From Octopus sinensis (lineage: Eukaryota), in the NCBI RefSeq assembly GCF_006345805.1, contig NC_043000.1, positions 80,352,001 to 80,416,000 on the forward strand: a DNA stretch of 64,000 nucleotides, written 5' to 3'. Shown here piece after piece: positions 39,117 to 54,499 of the stretch (positions within the stretch are counted from its first letter, which is position 1; the number at the start of each line of letters is the position of its first letter). Below the pieces are notes generated by a model. The model was not told the origin of the DNA. It was given only the letters and a program-made list of their open reading frames with translations, and ran no database searches. The position numbers and the translations under genes are program-made.

Positions 39117-39383
39117 TGTATATATATATATATATGTAGGGAGAGAGTTCACGAATAAACAAAAGAAAACAGGTGGTGTAGAAAACAAACAGATGTATTA
39201 GTATAAAGTTCAGGAATTGAAAAAGTCTTTTACATTTCGAGCCTACGCTCTTCTACAGAAACGGACACAGAAAAAACAAGAAGAGAAAAAAATGTGTGTA
39301 GTGGCTACCGATCTATCATGGCAACATATATTTGTATATATATATATATGTGTATATAAATATATATATATGTGTATACACAC

Positions 39384-39422
<39 letters not shown>

Positions 39423-40579
39423 GAGCTTCCATAGAGTTTCCATCTACCAAATTCACTCAGGTCTGTGACCAAATTTGTTCCAATCACAGCATATTACTGG
39501 GAGCTATAGTAGAAGTAGACTTTCCAAAAGAGCCACACAGTGAGACTGAATACAAAAACACCACATGCTTGCTAGCAACATCATGAAATACATAGCTATG
39601 TCTATGCCTCCATATACATATGAAACATATCTATATTACATAATGAATATGTAAAAGGTACTTCTAGAACAGATATGTGGCCCTATCTTAAAACACTTAT
39701 GACACGCATCTAGTGTAAATGTATTTCCTAAAGATAAAATGTGCATGTGATACATGCAACTAACGTATAACATACACTTGTGTTATATTTTGAAGAATTT
39801 AATAAACTATTCTATGGCTACTTAATGGATATAATTTAGTATCTTAATTACTATATTAGTAATTATTCCTTTAGCAATCAGTCATCTCTGATTAAGTAGA
39901 ACAATAATTAAAGACATTACAAGTATTACTGTCCCATCTAGCTTTCAGACATAGAGATTATCTATATCTAATGTATGTATGTATGTATGTATGTATGTAT
40001 GTATGTATGTATGTATGTATGTATGTATGTATGTATGTATGTATGTAGGTATGAATGTATGTATGTATGTATGAATGTATGTATGTATGTATGTATGTAT
40101 GTATGTATGTATGTATTATGCATGTATGTATGTACGTATGCATGTATCTTTATATTTGTTTGTGTTTGCTCCCACCACTGTTTGGCAACCAGTGGGTTTG
40201 TTTACATCCCTGTAACTTTGCATTTCATCAAAAGAGACTGATAAGTGCTGGGGTCAGTTTGGTCGACTAAACTCTTCAAGACAGTGGTCCAGGATGTTTG
40301 CAGTCCAGTGAAACTAGTATCAGATAAAAGATAACAGATTGATTGCTTTGAACTCCACCACCACCATTCCCACAACCATCCTTACTACTGATTTAAGAGG
40401 GAGTTATGTAGTTGCTTGGCCTGCTAAAAATTTTACCTCAGCCATCTCCCAAAAAGGTTAGATTAAGGATTAGATAATGGTAATAATGTGATCCATAACA
40501 AGAACTGCTGTGATTGGAACAAATTTGGTCACATACCTGATTGATCAGGGTTGACCTGGGGCTAAACAACTATATATGT

Positions 40580-42928
<2,349 letters not shown>

Positions 42929-43250
42929 AAAAGTAAAAATTTTGCATTATGTACCTTGTTATTCTCTTTAAGTGAACATTTTTCTGGTTGAAATACACTG
43001 AAAAATGGCGACACAGCAGTGAAAAATCGTAAAAAATAGGGATTTTCATAGAAAAAAAGCACCTTTTGATGTAAATAACTTTTGGTGTTAACATGGTCCG
43101 ATTTGAATTTTATCTACTTCGGAATAAAGAGCAAGCATTCTTCTCTCATACTGCCAATTTTGGTCAACTATCGCCGCAGGGTCTCGGAGGAGATAGTGTT
43201 AGTTGAAGGCTACCAAATCTGCTACACACAGACAACTTCAGCTTTATATA

Positions 43251-43900
43251 TCTATATATATAAAACTCAACTTGTGTGTCTTTGTGCTTAACTTCCTGGC
43301 ACATCTCCTCCTAGCCAACAAATCGTAGAACCACCAAAAATGGGTCACTTAAAGTTTAGGCGAATGAAAATTGAACTGCGCTATCTCTGTTCTGAAATTC
43401 ATCTCACAAGGGCAAAAATCGATAATGTGTTTGTTTAGGCCTTATTCCATGCATTGAATAGTGAACTTTACTCAGTCAGCTGTTTGACGTGAACTGTGTT
43501 CACCACGCGTGCAAACATTCGTAAATTGCATGAAAAATAAAAAAATCAAGATATAAAAACGAATCGCCGTAAACATTGTAGAAATTCGGCAAAGAAATGA
43601 ATTTTCGGGATGTAGCCTGGAGGGTTTTTTCATATTAATCGTTTGGACTTTGTGAACACATACCAATTGTTTTCATAACATTTTTAATGCTTTGAATTAA
43701 ATGTGACCATTTTGCGTTAAGTCTGCAGTTTGAATCACTTTAAACAAATTTTAGCAGGCCGGATTTTTGATCATCACGATACATCGCCAGCGACCCCCTG
43801 AAACTCTCCCCTGAAATACCCGTTGAGAAATCTATATATATAAAACTCAACTTGTGTGTCTGTGTGTGTATCTGTGTGTGTGTCTGTGTATTTAACTTTT
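43251..43900 (+). mobile_element. Two Helitron 5' ends (TCTATATATATAAAACTCAACTTGTGTGTC) at 43251 and 43831
   Basis: Identical TC-start leaders with a microsatellite, typical of non-autonomous Helitron 5' ends. Confidence 0.55.
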
Positions 43901-43948
43901 GGATCTACCAAGTTTCATTATTAAGGATGGAAAGTAGTGTGTAGCAAA

Positions 43949-44342
43949 TCTTCTATATATATATAAAGCTGAAGTTGTCTGTGTGTTGAAGGTTTGGTAG
44001 CCTTCAACTAACACTATCTCCTTCGAGACCCTGCAGCGCAAGTTAACCAAAATTGAGAGTATGATAGAAGAAGGCTTGCTCTTCATTCTGTAGAAGATAA
44101 AATTCAAATCGGACCATATTAACACCAAAACTTATTTACATTAAAAAGGTGCTTTTTTTCTATGAAAATACCTATTTTTTACGATTTTTCACTGCTGTGT
44201 CACCATTTTTCGGTGTATTTCAACTGGAAAAATGTTCACTTAAAGAGAATAGCAAGTTGCATAATGCAAAATTTTTACTTTTCAAAAATTCCAATTCTAA
44301 AGGGCTGAAACAAACCCAAGCAACACCGGGTAATACTGCTAG
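43949..44342 (+). mobile_element. Non-autonomous Helitron (third family)
   Basis: TC 5' end; CCCAAGCAACACCGGG hairpin; CTAG|T 3' end. Confidence 0.8.
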
Positions 44343-45109
44343 TATATAGATATATATAAAAAAATGAAAGATGGAAGTTGCAATATGTGAGCATTCTCAC
44401 CCTCACTTCTCACTTCTTACCCTCCGTCCCTCTTCTCTCTCTCCCTCTTCTCACCCTTCATCCCTCTTCTCTCTCTCGGTCTGTTTCTACAACAGTATGC
44501 TACTGGTACTTCATTTTACTGACCTCAGAGGGATGAAAGACCTCAGCAAGATTTGAACTCAGAATGTAAAGAGACACAGGACATTTTGTTTGATTCCTTG
44601 CCCTCTTCTGTCTCCAATCCTCTCTCATTACCACGCACTTACTTTCTCTTTCTCACTCATTTCATATATTTCTATCTGCTTCCTCCTTTGTTCTCTCCCT
44701 TTATCTGTCTTTTCCTTTTCCCCATCCCTTTCTTCATATATTAACTCCCTCTTTTTCACCCAGTCATCTTGCTTCCTCTTTTTTGAAATCTCTCTGTCTC
44801 TCCTTTTTCTTTTGCTTCTTTCCAATTCACATTTTTTTGCTTTCCCACTTCCTCTCACTCCCACTCTCTCTTTTTCACTTTGTGTTTCTGTCTCTCCCTC
44901 TCCTGTCATCTCTACTTTTCATCTGCTTCTGTTTCTTTATATATCTCCTCCCCATCCCTTTAGCTTTCTTATATTTCTCCAACCTTACCACACCCCACCA
45001 CGCCCAGTCATCATGCATATTCATCAAACTCACTACTTGAAAAACAAAACATTTTCAAAATGGATGACAAAAATTGCAAAAAAGCTAGAAAAAAAAACGC
45101 CACCACTAT

Positions 45110-45420
45110 CATCGACTCATCATCATCATCATCATCATCATCACCATCACCATCATCATCATCATTACAATGACAACAATGATGATAGTAAATGTAATCA
45201 CTACTATCAATGCAATCATCATCATCATCATCATCATCATAATCATCATCACCATCCTATCCCTATTAGTACCAGGATCAAGATAATCAGTATCATCATT
45301 ATTTACCATCACTATTCTCCTTCTTATCAAAACCACCTCCACCAGCATCATCACCATCACCCTCACCACTACCAGCACCACCATTACCATCAATGCCATT
45401 GCCAACATAACCACAGTGTA
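45110..45420. repeat. Degenerate (CAT/CAC)n microsatellite
   Basis: Direct reading. Confidence 0.9.
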
Positions 45421-46004
45421 TGATTAGTAAGCTACTAATTACTGAATATTCTTCATTAAGGAAATTAACGACTTGGCAATAAAAAAATTAAGATTACAAT
45501 GTGAACGCATGCTGCTGACTGAGATCTTTCTTTTTATAGAGAACAGTTATATAAGTGTGTGTGTGTGTGTGTGTGTGTGTGCACACATGCATATATGAGT
45601 GTACACATGCACACACATATCTATGTTGCATATATATATATGTATACGTATACAAACATATATAGATATAAATATAGTCATTAGTTCTACAGTACAACAA
45701 GATTTAAAACAAAAACTTGCATATTTTCTTCTTAATCCATTCCAACAGATTCAAATGCAAATATGGTTGTCACTATTGTGTATGTTACAGAGGAACAACT
45801 TCACCCTTTAATGATGAAAGTGTGTTCATTACTCACTCAGCTCACTGGTGCAAGGGATTCTTGAATACTGATGGTTTGATATTGTGTGTCTCATCAGCAG
45901 AAAATACTAAGACCTTAGGACATAAACAAACCAGTGTCTTTGTTTATAATTTCAGTGAACAAACTGTATGCTGATATATATATATATATATACACATATG
46001 CACA

Positions 46005-46390
46005 CATATCCTTTACCTGTTTCAGTCATAAGACTGCAGCCATGCTGGGCAGCATCTTGAATCTTAATTGAATGAATCGACCCCATACTCTTTTTTTAAA
46101 GCCTGGTACTTATTCTATCAGTATCTTTTGCCAAACTGCTAAGTTACAGGGACGTAAACACACCGACACTCGTCAAGCGATGGTAGAGGACAAACACAGG
46201 CATAAAGATACACACACACACACATATAAGAGAAGCTTCTTTCAGTTTCCATTTGCCAAATTCACTTACAAGGCTTTGGTCAGCTCGAGGTTATAATAGA
46301 AGACACTTGCCCAAGGTGCCACACAATGGGACTGAACCTGGAGCCATGTGTTGGGAAGCAAACTTCTTACCACACACCCATACCTGCAGC
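46005..46390 (-). mobile_element. Family A tRNA-SINE
   Basis: Complete reverse-complement copy. Confidence 0.75.
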
Positions 46391-46397
46391 TATATAA

Positions 46398-46649
46398 ATA
46401 TCAAAAGCAATCTTCATCTCCAACTTAACTTGAATGTTGTGTTTGGACACAGAATACTGTATTATTTCTTTCGAGAAGATCTCTCATATGGATTCATCGT
46501 ACATAAAAGCACTCATCTGTCAACAATATATATATGAGTACTTTTATGCAGCATGTGTTCATATAAGAAGTCCTCTCAAGATAAATAATGCAGTATTCTG
46601 TGTTCTAACACAACATCTAAGGCTGAAAATAAAAATTGCCTTTTGATAT
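46398..46649. repeat. Imperfect ~250 bp palindrome (old MITE or hairpin)
   Basis: ATATCAAAAGCAAT / ATTGCCTTTTGATAT ends; inner arms pair up to a short loop. Confidence 0.75.
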
Positions 46650-46925
46650 TAATACTACTCCAGTCACTATACATATATATTACCTCTAAAGTTATTTCTA
46701 CAGATTTGCTATAGAAACTAGAGTCAGTTCTGGAAGTTACAAAATTTTGTATAAGAATCCATCTATGTAAATAATACAATCGAAAACTGGCAAATAAGTA
46801 ATGGATGTATATATATATTTCAAGAGTTATTGCTCCTTCTTCAGCACTACATACAACCTATTTACCATCCATGAAGACATTAGCATTGTAACACGATTGG
46901 ATATTCAAATTTTACATATATGTAT

Positions 46926-46958
<33 letters not shown>

Positions 46959-47562
46959 AGATAGTGTTACAACAATGCACCAATAGTTACTAAAAATAGC
47001 AGTAAATATTGGTGCATTGTTGTACCACCATCTTATTTATACTTTAACCTGAAGGTGCCTTGTTTTACTGGGAAGCAATACTACTGTACAGCACTATATG
47101 ATAAATTTTTATGTATGTGTATATACATATATATATATATATATATATCATACATATAAGATGAATTACCTCTAGGTGGACTCCTAATATGCTAGAGGTA
47201 GACCCCATATGGTCTGACCACTAAGGGAAATTGTTCTCAATAAAATTCAGTAAATGCCAGAATGTAAGGTGAGCAAGACAAATGGAAAGATACAAAAATT
47301 AGTGATTAGTCACATACCCAGGTTTCATTGTTACCATTTACATTTACATAAATGTTCGCAAATCTTCAGTGTAACCATCAAAAATATAATTTACAGAACT
47401 ATAGATGAGATGTCCTCACAAGAGAGAACATGTATACAGTTCTATCAATTCTATTTGGGGGTATATTTCAAATGTATTTGCTTTGGCATGCTGAAGCCAG
47501 AAATCACATTGCAGATAATAATTTTCTGTAGCAAAATTCACTGATTAGAGAACATGGTTATT

Positions 47563-47911
47563 TATAGTTAAATAATAAGGGTAAAAATGAATATTAATAA
47601 AAAAAAATAACAATTTAAACCAATGGCCTAGCATATCGAAAAAGATCTGAAGATTCAGAAAAATTATATTACATACATATAAGAGGAATGACCACTAGGT
47701 AGACTCCTAATATGCTAAAGGTAGACCCCATATGGTCTGACCACTACGTAAATATCCACAAATTTTCAGTGTGACCTAGTGATCATTCCTCTTATATGTA
47801 TGTAATATAATTTTTCTGAATCTTCAGATCTTTTTTCAATATGCTAGGGCACTGGTTTAAATTGATATTAATTCAATTAATATTAATTTTTACCTTTATT
47901 ATTTAACTATA
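47563..47911. mobile_element. Inverted-repeat element with ~140 bp arms
   Basis: 47563-47700 is inverted to 47773-47911; the same end sequence recurs at 52990-53080. Confidence 0.75.
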
Positions 47912-47994
47912 TATATATATTTAAGAATAGGCTAAATACATTATTTACATTCTTTATATTTGACTAATATTTGTCCTCATCTTGTTTGTTGTTA

Positions 47995-48038
47995 ACACGT
48001 TTCAGCTGATATACCCTCCAGCCTTCATCAGGTGTCTT
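47995..48038 (-). ncRNA. Degenerate minimal hammerhead ribozyme (Penelope-type)
   Basis: GACAC-CUGAUGA-A-GGCUGG/UCAGCU-GAAA-CGU; lacks 3 nt at the cleavage site relative to its partner copy. Confidence 0.6.
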
Positions 48039-48095
48039 GGGGAGATTTCGAACCTGGATTCACATTCGATGTTGTTGTTGTTATTACTATTATTA

Positions 48096-48150
<55 letters not shown>

Positions 48151-48189
48151 CATCATTATTATTATTATTATTAACCACTATGCCACAGG

Positions 48190-48295
48190 CATATGGCATA
48201 GTGGTTAAGACTGCAAGCTACTAACCCCAAGATTCCGAGTTCAATTCCAGGCAGTGACCTGAATAATAATAATAATGATGATAATAATAATAACA

Positions 48296-48328
<33 letters not shown>

Positions 48329-48490
48329 GCAACAACAACAACATTGAAAAATACCTTAAGAATGAGAACCCAGGTTCGAAATTTCCCCAAGACATCTGAT
48401 GAAGGGTGGAGGGTATATCAGCCAAAATGTTGTGTTAACAACAAACAAGATGAGGACAAATATCTGTCAAATGTAAATAATGTAAATAAT
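48190..48490 (+). mobile_element. SINE-like element: tRNA head + (AAT)n + hammerhead-containing tail
   Basis: A box TGGCATAGTGG at 48194, B box GAGTTCAATTCC at 48237-48248, (AAT)n, hammerhead core at 48396. Confidence 0.7.
48389..48436 (+). ncRNA. Degenerate minimal hammerhead ribozyme (Penelope-type)
   Basis: GACAU-CUGAUGA-A-GGGUGG/UCAGCC-AAAA-UGUU-GUGUU; G12A substitution. Confidence 0.6.
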
Positions 48491-48992
48491 GAACCATAGT
48501 CTTTTTTAATATCATTAGTCAGCTATGTATAGCATTTAAAAGAAGATAGCATTCTATACAGGATTAAATGGAAGCTCCTGGAACAAATTGGACCATACCT
48601 CAATGGGATCAGATGATGCAAACTTGGTTGAGAGAGCAATGATCCTAAAAAACTCATTTGACCAAGAGGTTTTCTTAAATTCCAAAAGTGAAATGTTTAA
48701 CTGGTGCCCTTATGAGGGGAAATTCGTGTTGGAGATATGGAATTCTTTGCTGGCTGACAAGCAAATAGATATCAAACATATACTGAGCCTTTTTTGGAAC
48801 TGGTCAAAAGGTGATCTTGCCCAGAAAGGATGCTGCTTAATAGAATTTCATTTCAGGCTTTTTTCACAACCCTGCCTACTCTGACTGACAAAGGTTGTAT
48901 TTCTACCTCCAGTACTATAGATAGACAGACATACATACACACACACATACATACATACATACATACATACATACATACATACATACATACAT

Positions 48993-49031
<39 letters not shown>

Positions 49032-50128
49032 CATGCACAAATTATCTTATGTATATTTGCACCATACACTTACACTACTTTTAATCCCCATTGTATTATG
49101 TACTTTATGTGAAATTATAAGTGTGCAATAATGAGAACATTGAAGCTGTATTAGAAAAGTATTCATGTTTTAACTGATTCCTAGTGTTTTTCTCACAGGG
49201 AAAATTGAAGAAATGTATTTAATTAATAATGTTTTAATTAATGACTTCATTTCCAGCTGCAGCCCAGCTGGTGGCATAAAGTCTCTTTCCATGCAATCAA
49301 GAAGTATTTCTTCAGTAATGTCTCCCTATAATGAAAGATAAATAGCCTTGGAATAGAATTGCAGATTGGTGAGGTATTTTAACCATACTGGTTTAAGGCA
49401 ATTTTATTTGTGAACATAACTCTCCAGGCAAAAGCAAGGCCCTTCATAGATATGGAAGTGTACAGATGAAAATATTTCCTGCATAAACAAAGGCCTGCAA
49501 TGATGAAATGATTTCTGATTAATTGAAAATCTGCATAGATGAAGATCTGCATAAACAATGTGTTCATGAAGTAGATGTGAGCCTTGTGTAGAGGAAGAGC
49601 TTTGTAATTGAAAGTCTACACAGATTAAACACTACAGTGATAAAGCCAGCACCCACATAAATGAAGTAAAGACCCACATAAATGAAGTCATCTTTCTTAC
49701 AAATGAGACACCACAAAATTGAAGTTACTATGAAGACTTCAATAACTTTATATGATGGCATTTCTTTTGAAACCTTACATCAAGTACTAGTGGTCAAAGC
49801 TTTAATCTAAGTTACTAGGTACTTCAACATAGGGAAACCTTCACACTTTTACTTACACTCTGAACTTAATAATGGATGGTGTGAAAGTTTAGCAGACATG
49901 GATAGTACTGGACTTATCATTTCTATTTAGTCTTATCACCTCTAGAGCAATAAAAGAAGTACCAGTAAGGAAACAGTTTTCATTTAACAAAATAAAATGA
50001 GTCCCAAAATTCAAGGCCTTACAAAATAAATTTGTCAGTAAAGGAAAAAAGTCAATTTAAAAGAAACTCATTGTCTATCAATGTCATACTACTCCCACCA
50101 AGAGTTGAACTCAATGCTGCATGCTTAT

Positions 50129-50333
50129 CTCTTTAGCATTTAAATTTCTCTGTCAAATATAATGCTTATTTATTCATATTATTTTGAATTAATCATGCAT
50201 TATCTAATAGCTTTAAGATTTTGAAGATGTGACTGTTTATTTTTAGAATGACAAAAGGTTGGATATGACCAGTTTTAGCATAAAACAAGGTAAAATATTT
50301 GGGCTGGGCATGACCAGTTTAGATGCTAAAGGG
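50129..50333. mobile_element. piggyBac-type MITE (same family as 6151-6366)
   Basis: CTCTTTAGCATT ... GATGCTAAAGGG ends with degenerate TTAA flanks. Confidence 0.55.
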
Positions 50334-52153
50334 TTACAGAACACTGTCAGTGATGTGATGACATCACACTGTCTGGAGTTCCCTCTGTTTACAATTAAAT
50401 GAAATGAGTAGTTTGATAATCCACTGTCTTTGCTATAAATGTAACATGCTATAAATGTGACAACATACGAATTCCTAATCTCTCTGCCTTTAGTCAGCCA
50501 TTCTATTTAATTGGGCATCCATACTCTCTTAATAGTTTAGTCTATGAAGCAAAGACATAATGCTTCTCTGGACATCCATAACAGATGACAGAAAAGGGGC
50601 AAGTTTTCCTCAAACCACATAACCTGAATGCTAACACCGGAATCAGCTCCAGTAAAGGCAGCTAATGTCCAAGTGGTGGCATAACACTGTATAATGGAAT
50701 TAGTTCTCCCCAACTAAAACTGGAATAGACCCTTGTACTTGTACTGTATTAATACAGTTTCCATCTTATAAATTTAACTTGGAATATGTTGGTCAATCAG
50801 AGTCAATGGTAGATTGTATTTACCCAAAGTGATGTGCATTGGTATGAAATGCAAAGTCACATTGCTGTGAAGCAAATTTTTCTATTGCAAGGTCATTCTT
50901 TACTTAAACAAAGGAAAATCCTAATTAGGGATTCTTGTAGATTTCTCTTTAAATTAACAGGTACTAACATCAGTATTGTTTAAATTCTAAATGTAACTTT
51001 AGGCCTGAGTCCCAGTTGACCCACAAGATAGCAATAGAATTTGAAAAGCTTTTCAGATACAGTCTGAGACACCTGGAGTTGATGGCCATTCAAGTCATTA
51101 TCAGAGAACCAACCCATGAGAGAAGGAACTTACAAAACCATGATCAAAACCCAAATGGAGGACAGAGATGCCCTGACTGCAGATGATTTAGAGCAAGTTG
51201 TAGTCTAATGATATTATTATTGAGGATGATAATGATGATGATAACAATGGTAAAATATGCAAAAGTTATAAATTTTGAATAATTGGTCATAAATCAAACC
51301 ACACTTTATATAAACAGAGCAAAGTGGTGCCAAATATACATTGGAGTAAAATAAAATATACACCTCCATGAATTATTTCAACATAGTAGATATAAATATA
51401 TTAGGCTCCATGTAGAAATACCATTATGAAAATGAATTATCATTAATACAATGTATCAATAAGATGAAGTTATATTGCAGAAATATACCAAACTGCACAT
51501 TGTCATATATGTTGCTTATTTGCTTTCTATAAAAACTTTTTTTCAATGTCTGGTTGGTGTAAAATTTTAAATAATGGTTGCATAGATATTTAACTATAAA
51601 CATATAAAATGTACTATATGCATTAAGTAATCTCTACCTTGTTGAAAGAAACAAGTTATTAACATTATATGTGTGTGTATGATGAATAATTGAAAGAAAA
51701 CATTTTGTGAAGCATTATTTAGATTAGAATGACTATAAATACAGATGCCATACAAGTCCTATGACATTTTTTAAATTCAAAATAATAAGCCATTACTTTA
51801 CATAATGTCTAATATTTTGGGTTGAAAAAACTTCTTATCAAACAGAGATAAATGGATATTTAGAATTGAAAACTTTTAAAATTATCTTTGGTGAAGTTTA
51901 GCACCCACAAAATTAAATTCACATGCTAAATTGTCTCTTAGACATGTTTTCATCTTGTAAAGGTTGCTTAAAGACAGGAAACTCAGAACCATTAAATTTG
52001 AAGCTTCTCTTTGGATGTATTTTGACACTTTACTTTCTGTATTGAATACTCTCTTTTACATTCTTATTTACACTGAAGTTTATAATTTCATGTATTTTCT
52101 TTACACACACATACACACACATGCATGCACACACACACACATACACACATACT

Positions 52154-52198
<45 letters not shown>

Positions 52199-52607
52199 AC
52201 AAATATTTATCTATACATCTATACATACATATGTATATAATGTGTGTATATATCACAACATACCTGTGCTTAAATCACAGAGGGTGTGTTCACTGATTTA
52301 ATACATTGTGTTTTATAGAATTTGATATGAATGTAGAATTGAGTATATTTTATGCCATATGAATAAATGGCAGTTACTTATGAGTTTCAACATTATGGTT
52401 CAATCAAACACTTTGTTTGAGCCATTTCAATGAAATTTATATGCAACTGTTACTGTGTTTTACAATAAAAAATGTTTTGAAAATGGCAGACCACTGGGAG
52501 CAGTATACTATAAAAACCATATGAAATCAAGTACCCTGGTGTCTCCTTAGAGGTAGTTAATAGCCTCTGTTATCTTGTAGATATAATCAATATGCATAAA
52601 GAAGTGT

Positions 52608-52663
<56 letters not shown>

Positions 52664-52764
52664 TTCTGCATGTGTGTTCACTAATTATGCAATTTATATA
52701 ATATGCACGCGATATTTCGGTATCGTGTTTGCATCTAGTCCAGCAAATTGCATTTTATATCGGA

Positions 52765-52829
52765 CCATGCTGATGATGGCTGCACTTTTCCTTGCAGAAA
52801 ATAACAGCCGAAACTAAATTAGTACATGG
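52765..52829 (+). ncRNA. Type I hammerhead ribozyme, apparently intact
   Basis: Stem I CCAUG/CAUGG; core CUGAUGA(U); stem II GGCUG/CAGCC extended by UUUUC/GAAAA; GAAA; stem III ACUA/UAGU; GUA cleavage triplet, predicted cut after 52824. Confidence 0.85.
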
Positions 52830-53189
52830 GTAAATATTTATTTCGTATATTTTCACTTGTTTATTGCTATGGTTATGTGTTGAGTTTGATCTGAGAACAT
52901 AATCTTTTGTGGAGAATGGCGATTTGACGTCTTTATCTAGCATGTTGACTGTCCACTTTTCGTGTTCAGTCCTTAATTGGTATATATAAATATTTTAATC
53001 TTCGGATTCTTTTTTAATATGCTAGACCACTGGTTCTAATTGATAAATATCAATTTTCTACCCTAAATTAATTTTATATATATATATATATATTTGAAAA
53101 AAGAAAAATAATGACTTCACTACTGACTACTGGTAGTTCTAATCAGTTTAATTTATTATTTAAAAACTTTTTAATAATATAAAGTTTAG

Positions 53190-53590
53190 TTCATATATCT
53201 AGTAAGTTCTTTGTTAACTTGAGTGTGGAGAATTTTTAAAAAAGAATTTTCTTGTTAACTTCCTTGGAAAACTTTCTCACATTTGTTGTCAAACAGATCT
53301 GAGGATTTGAGGATTTTTAATTTGAGGATGTGGGGTTGGGGTTTGTTAATCAGTGTGGGAGGGAAAGACTGTTGATGAATGATAGCTGAAAGTAGTGACT
53401 GGTCAACACAAGATACTTCATTGGGGTGGAGTTGGAATGTGCTGGTGTGTTAAAGGAGTGTTTTGTGAAGCCATATGAATAGTTGACCTTTCATCAAAAA
53501 TCTAATGACCAGATGTTTTTCCAAATTCTTACTTTTAGTCATTTTCTGTTTTAGATGTGTGTCTGGGTTGGTGGTGCTAATGAAAGGTAA
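53190..53590 (-). pseudogene. Possible Penelope-like GIY-YIG C-terminal remnant
   Basis: Weak manual translations KHSFNTPAHSNST and QICLT resemble PLE C-terminal motifs; heavily decayed. Confidence 0.3.
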
Positions 53591-53807
53591 GATACATGTC
53601 TTTTGATAAAAATGTTTGTTGATAGAAGTGATTTTTTACATGTATTTTGGTTTGGGAGAGGAGGTGGGGAAGATCATGGTAGCATATTTATTTCCCTACA
53701 TATAATAAACAAAATATATATATATATACATTCCTCTTTCTCTCCCTCTTTCTTTCTCACTCTCTCTTTCTCTCTCTCTTTCTACATACACACACACTCA
53801 TAAACAT

Positions 53808-53842
<35 letters not shown>

Positions 53843-54499
53843 CATATACACACATATATATGCATACACATATATACAAATTATCCAACCAGTGCTGGCA
53901 TGGAAAGCGGACATTAAATGATGATGATGATATAAACCTATATGTATACACATACACATATATACACACATACATAACTACATACACACATATGCACACA
54001 CATACACACATATACATACACACCCACATATAAATATGACATCTAGTTGACATATGGCGATGATGATGATGATGGTGGTGGGTGCATGGGCAGAGGTGTG
54101 GGAGCATGTGAACCGGAGGAGATATTTATCTGTGGATGTGTGTGTATATGAGTGTATGTGCGTGTATGTATGCATATACATGTGTATGTGTATGTAGGTA
54201 TGTATGTGTGTATATATGTGTATGTATATGCACATAAGTTTATATATATATGTATGCATATGTATATATCTATGTGTGTATGTCTGTATCAAAGTGTATC
54301 AATGCTTTTTTGTATATATATATGTGTGCGTATGTATATCTGTGTATATGTATGTGTATGTATATATGTATGTGTGTGTGAGTATGTAGATAGATATATG
54401 TGTATATGTGTATAAGTGTGTGTGTGTGTGTGTGTGTGTGTGTCTATGTGTAATTGTTGGGGCATGTCAAGATATGCAAATTTATGCATATACTTGCAT

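Noticed and set aside
44590-45423. 277-aa ORF with poly-His
   Set aside because: Low-complexity CT-rich and (CAT)n sequence.
48190-48260. Genuine tRNA gene (also 18400-18470 and 32980-33050)
   Set aside because: A/B boxes are present but there is no complete cloverleaf, and each continues into a repeat body; these are SINE heads.
49170-49325. Minus-strand exon-like frame GDITEEILLDCMERDFMPPAGLQLEMK
   Set aside because: No clear donor, and it is on the opposite strand to the neighbouring candidates; unsupported.
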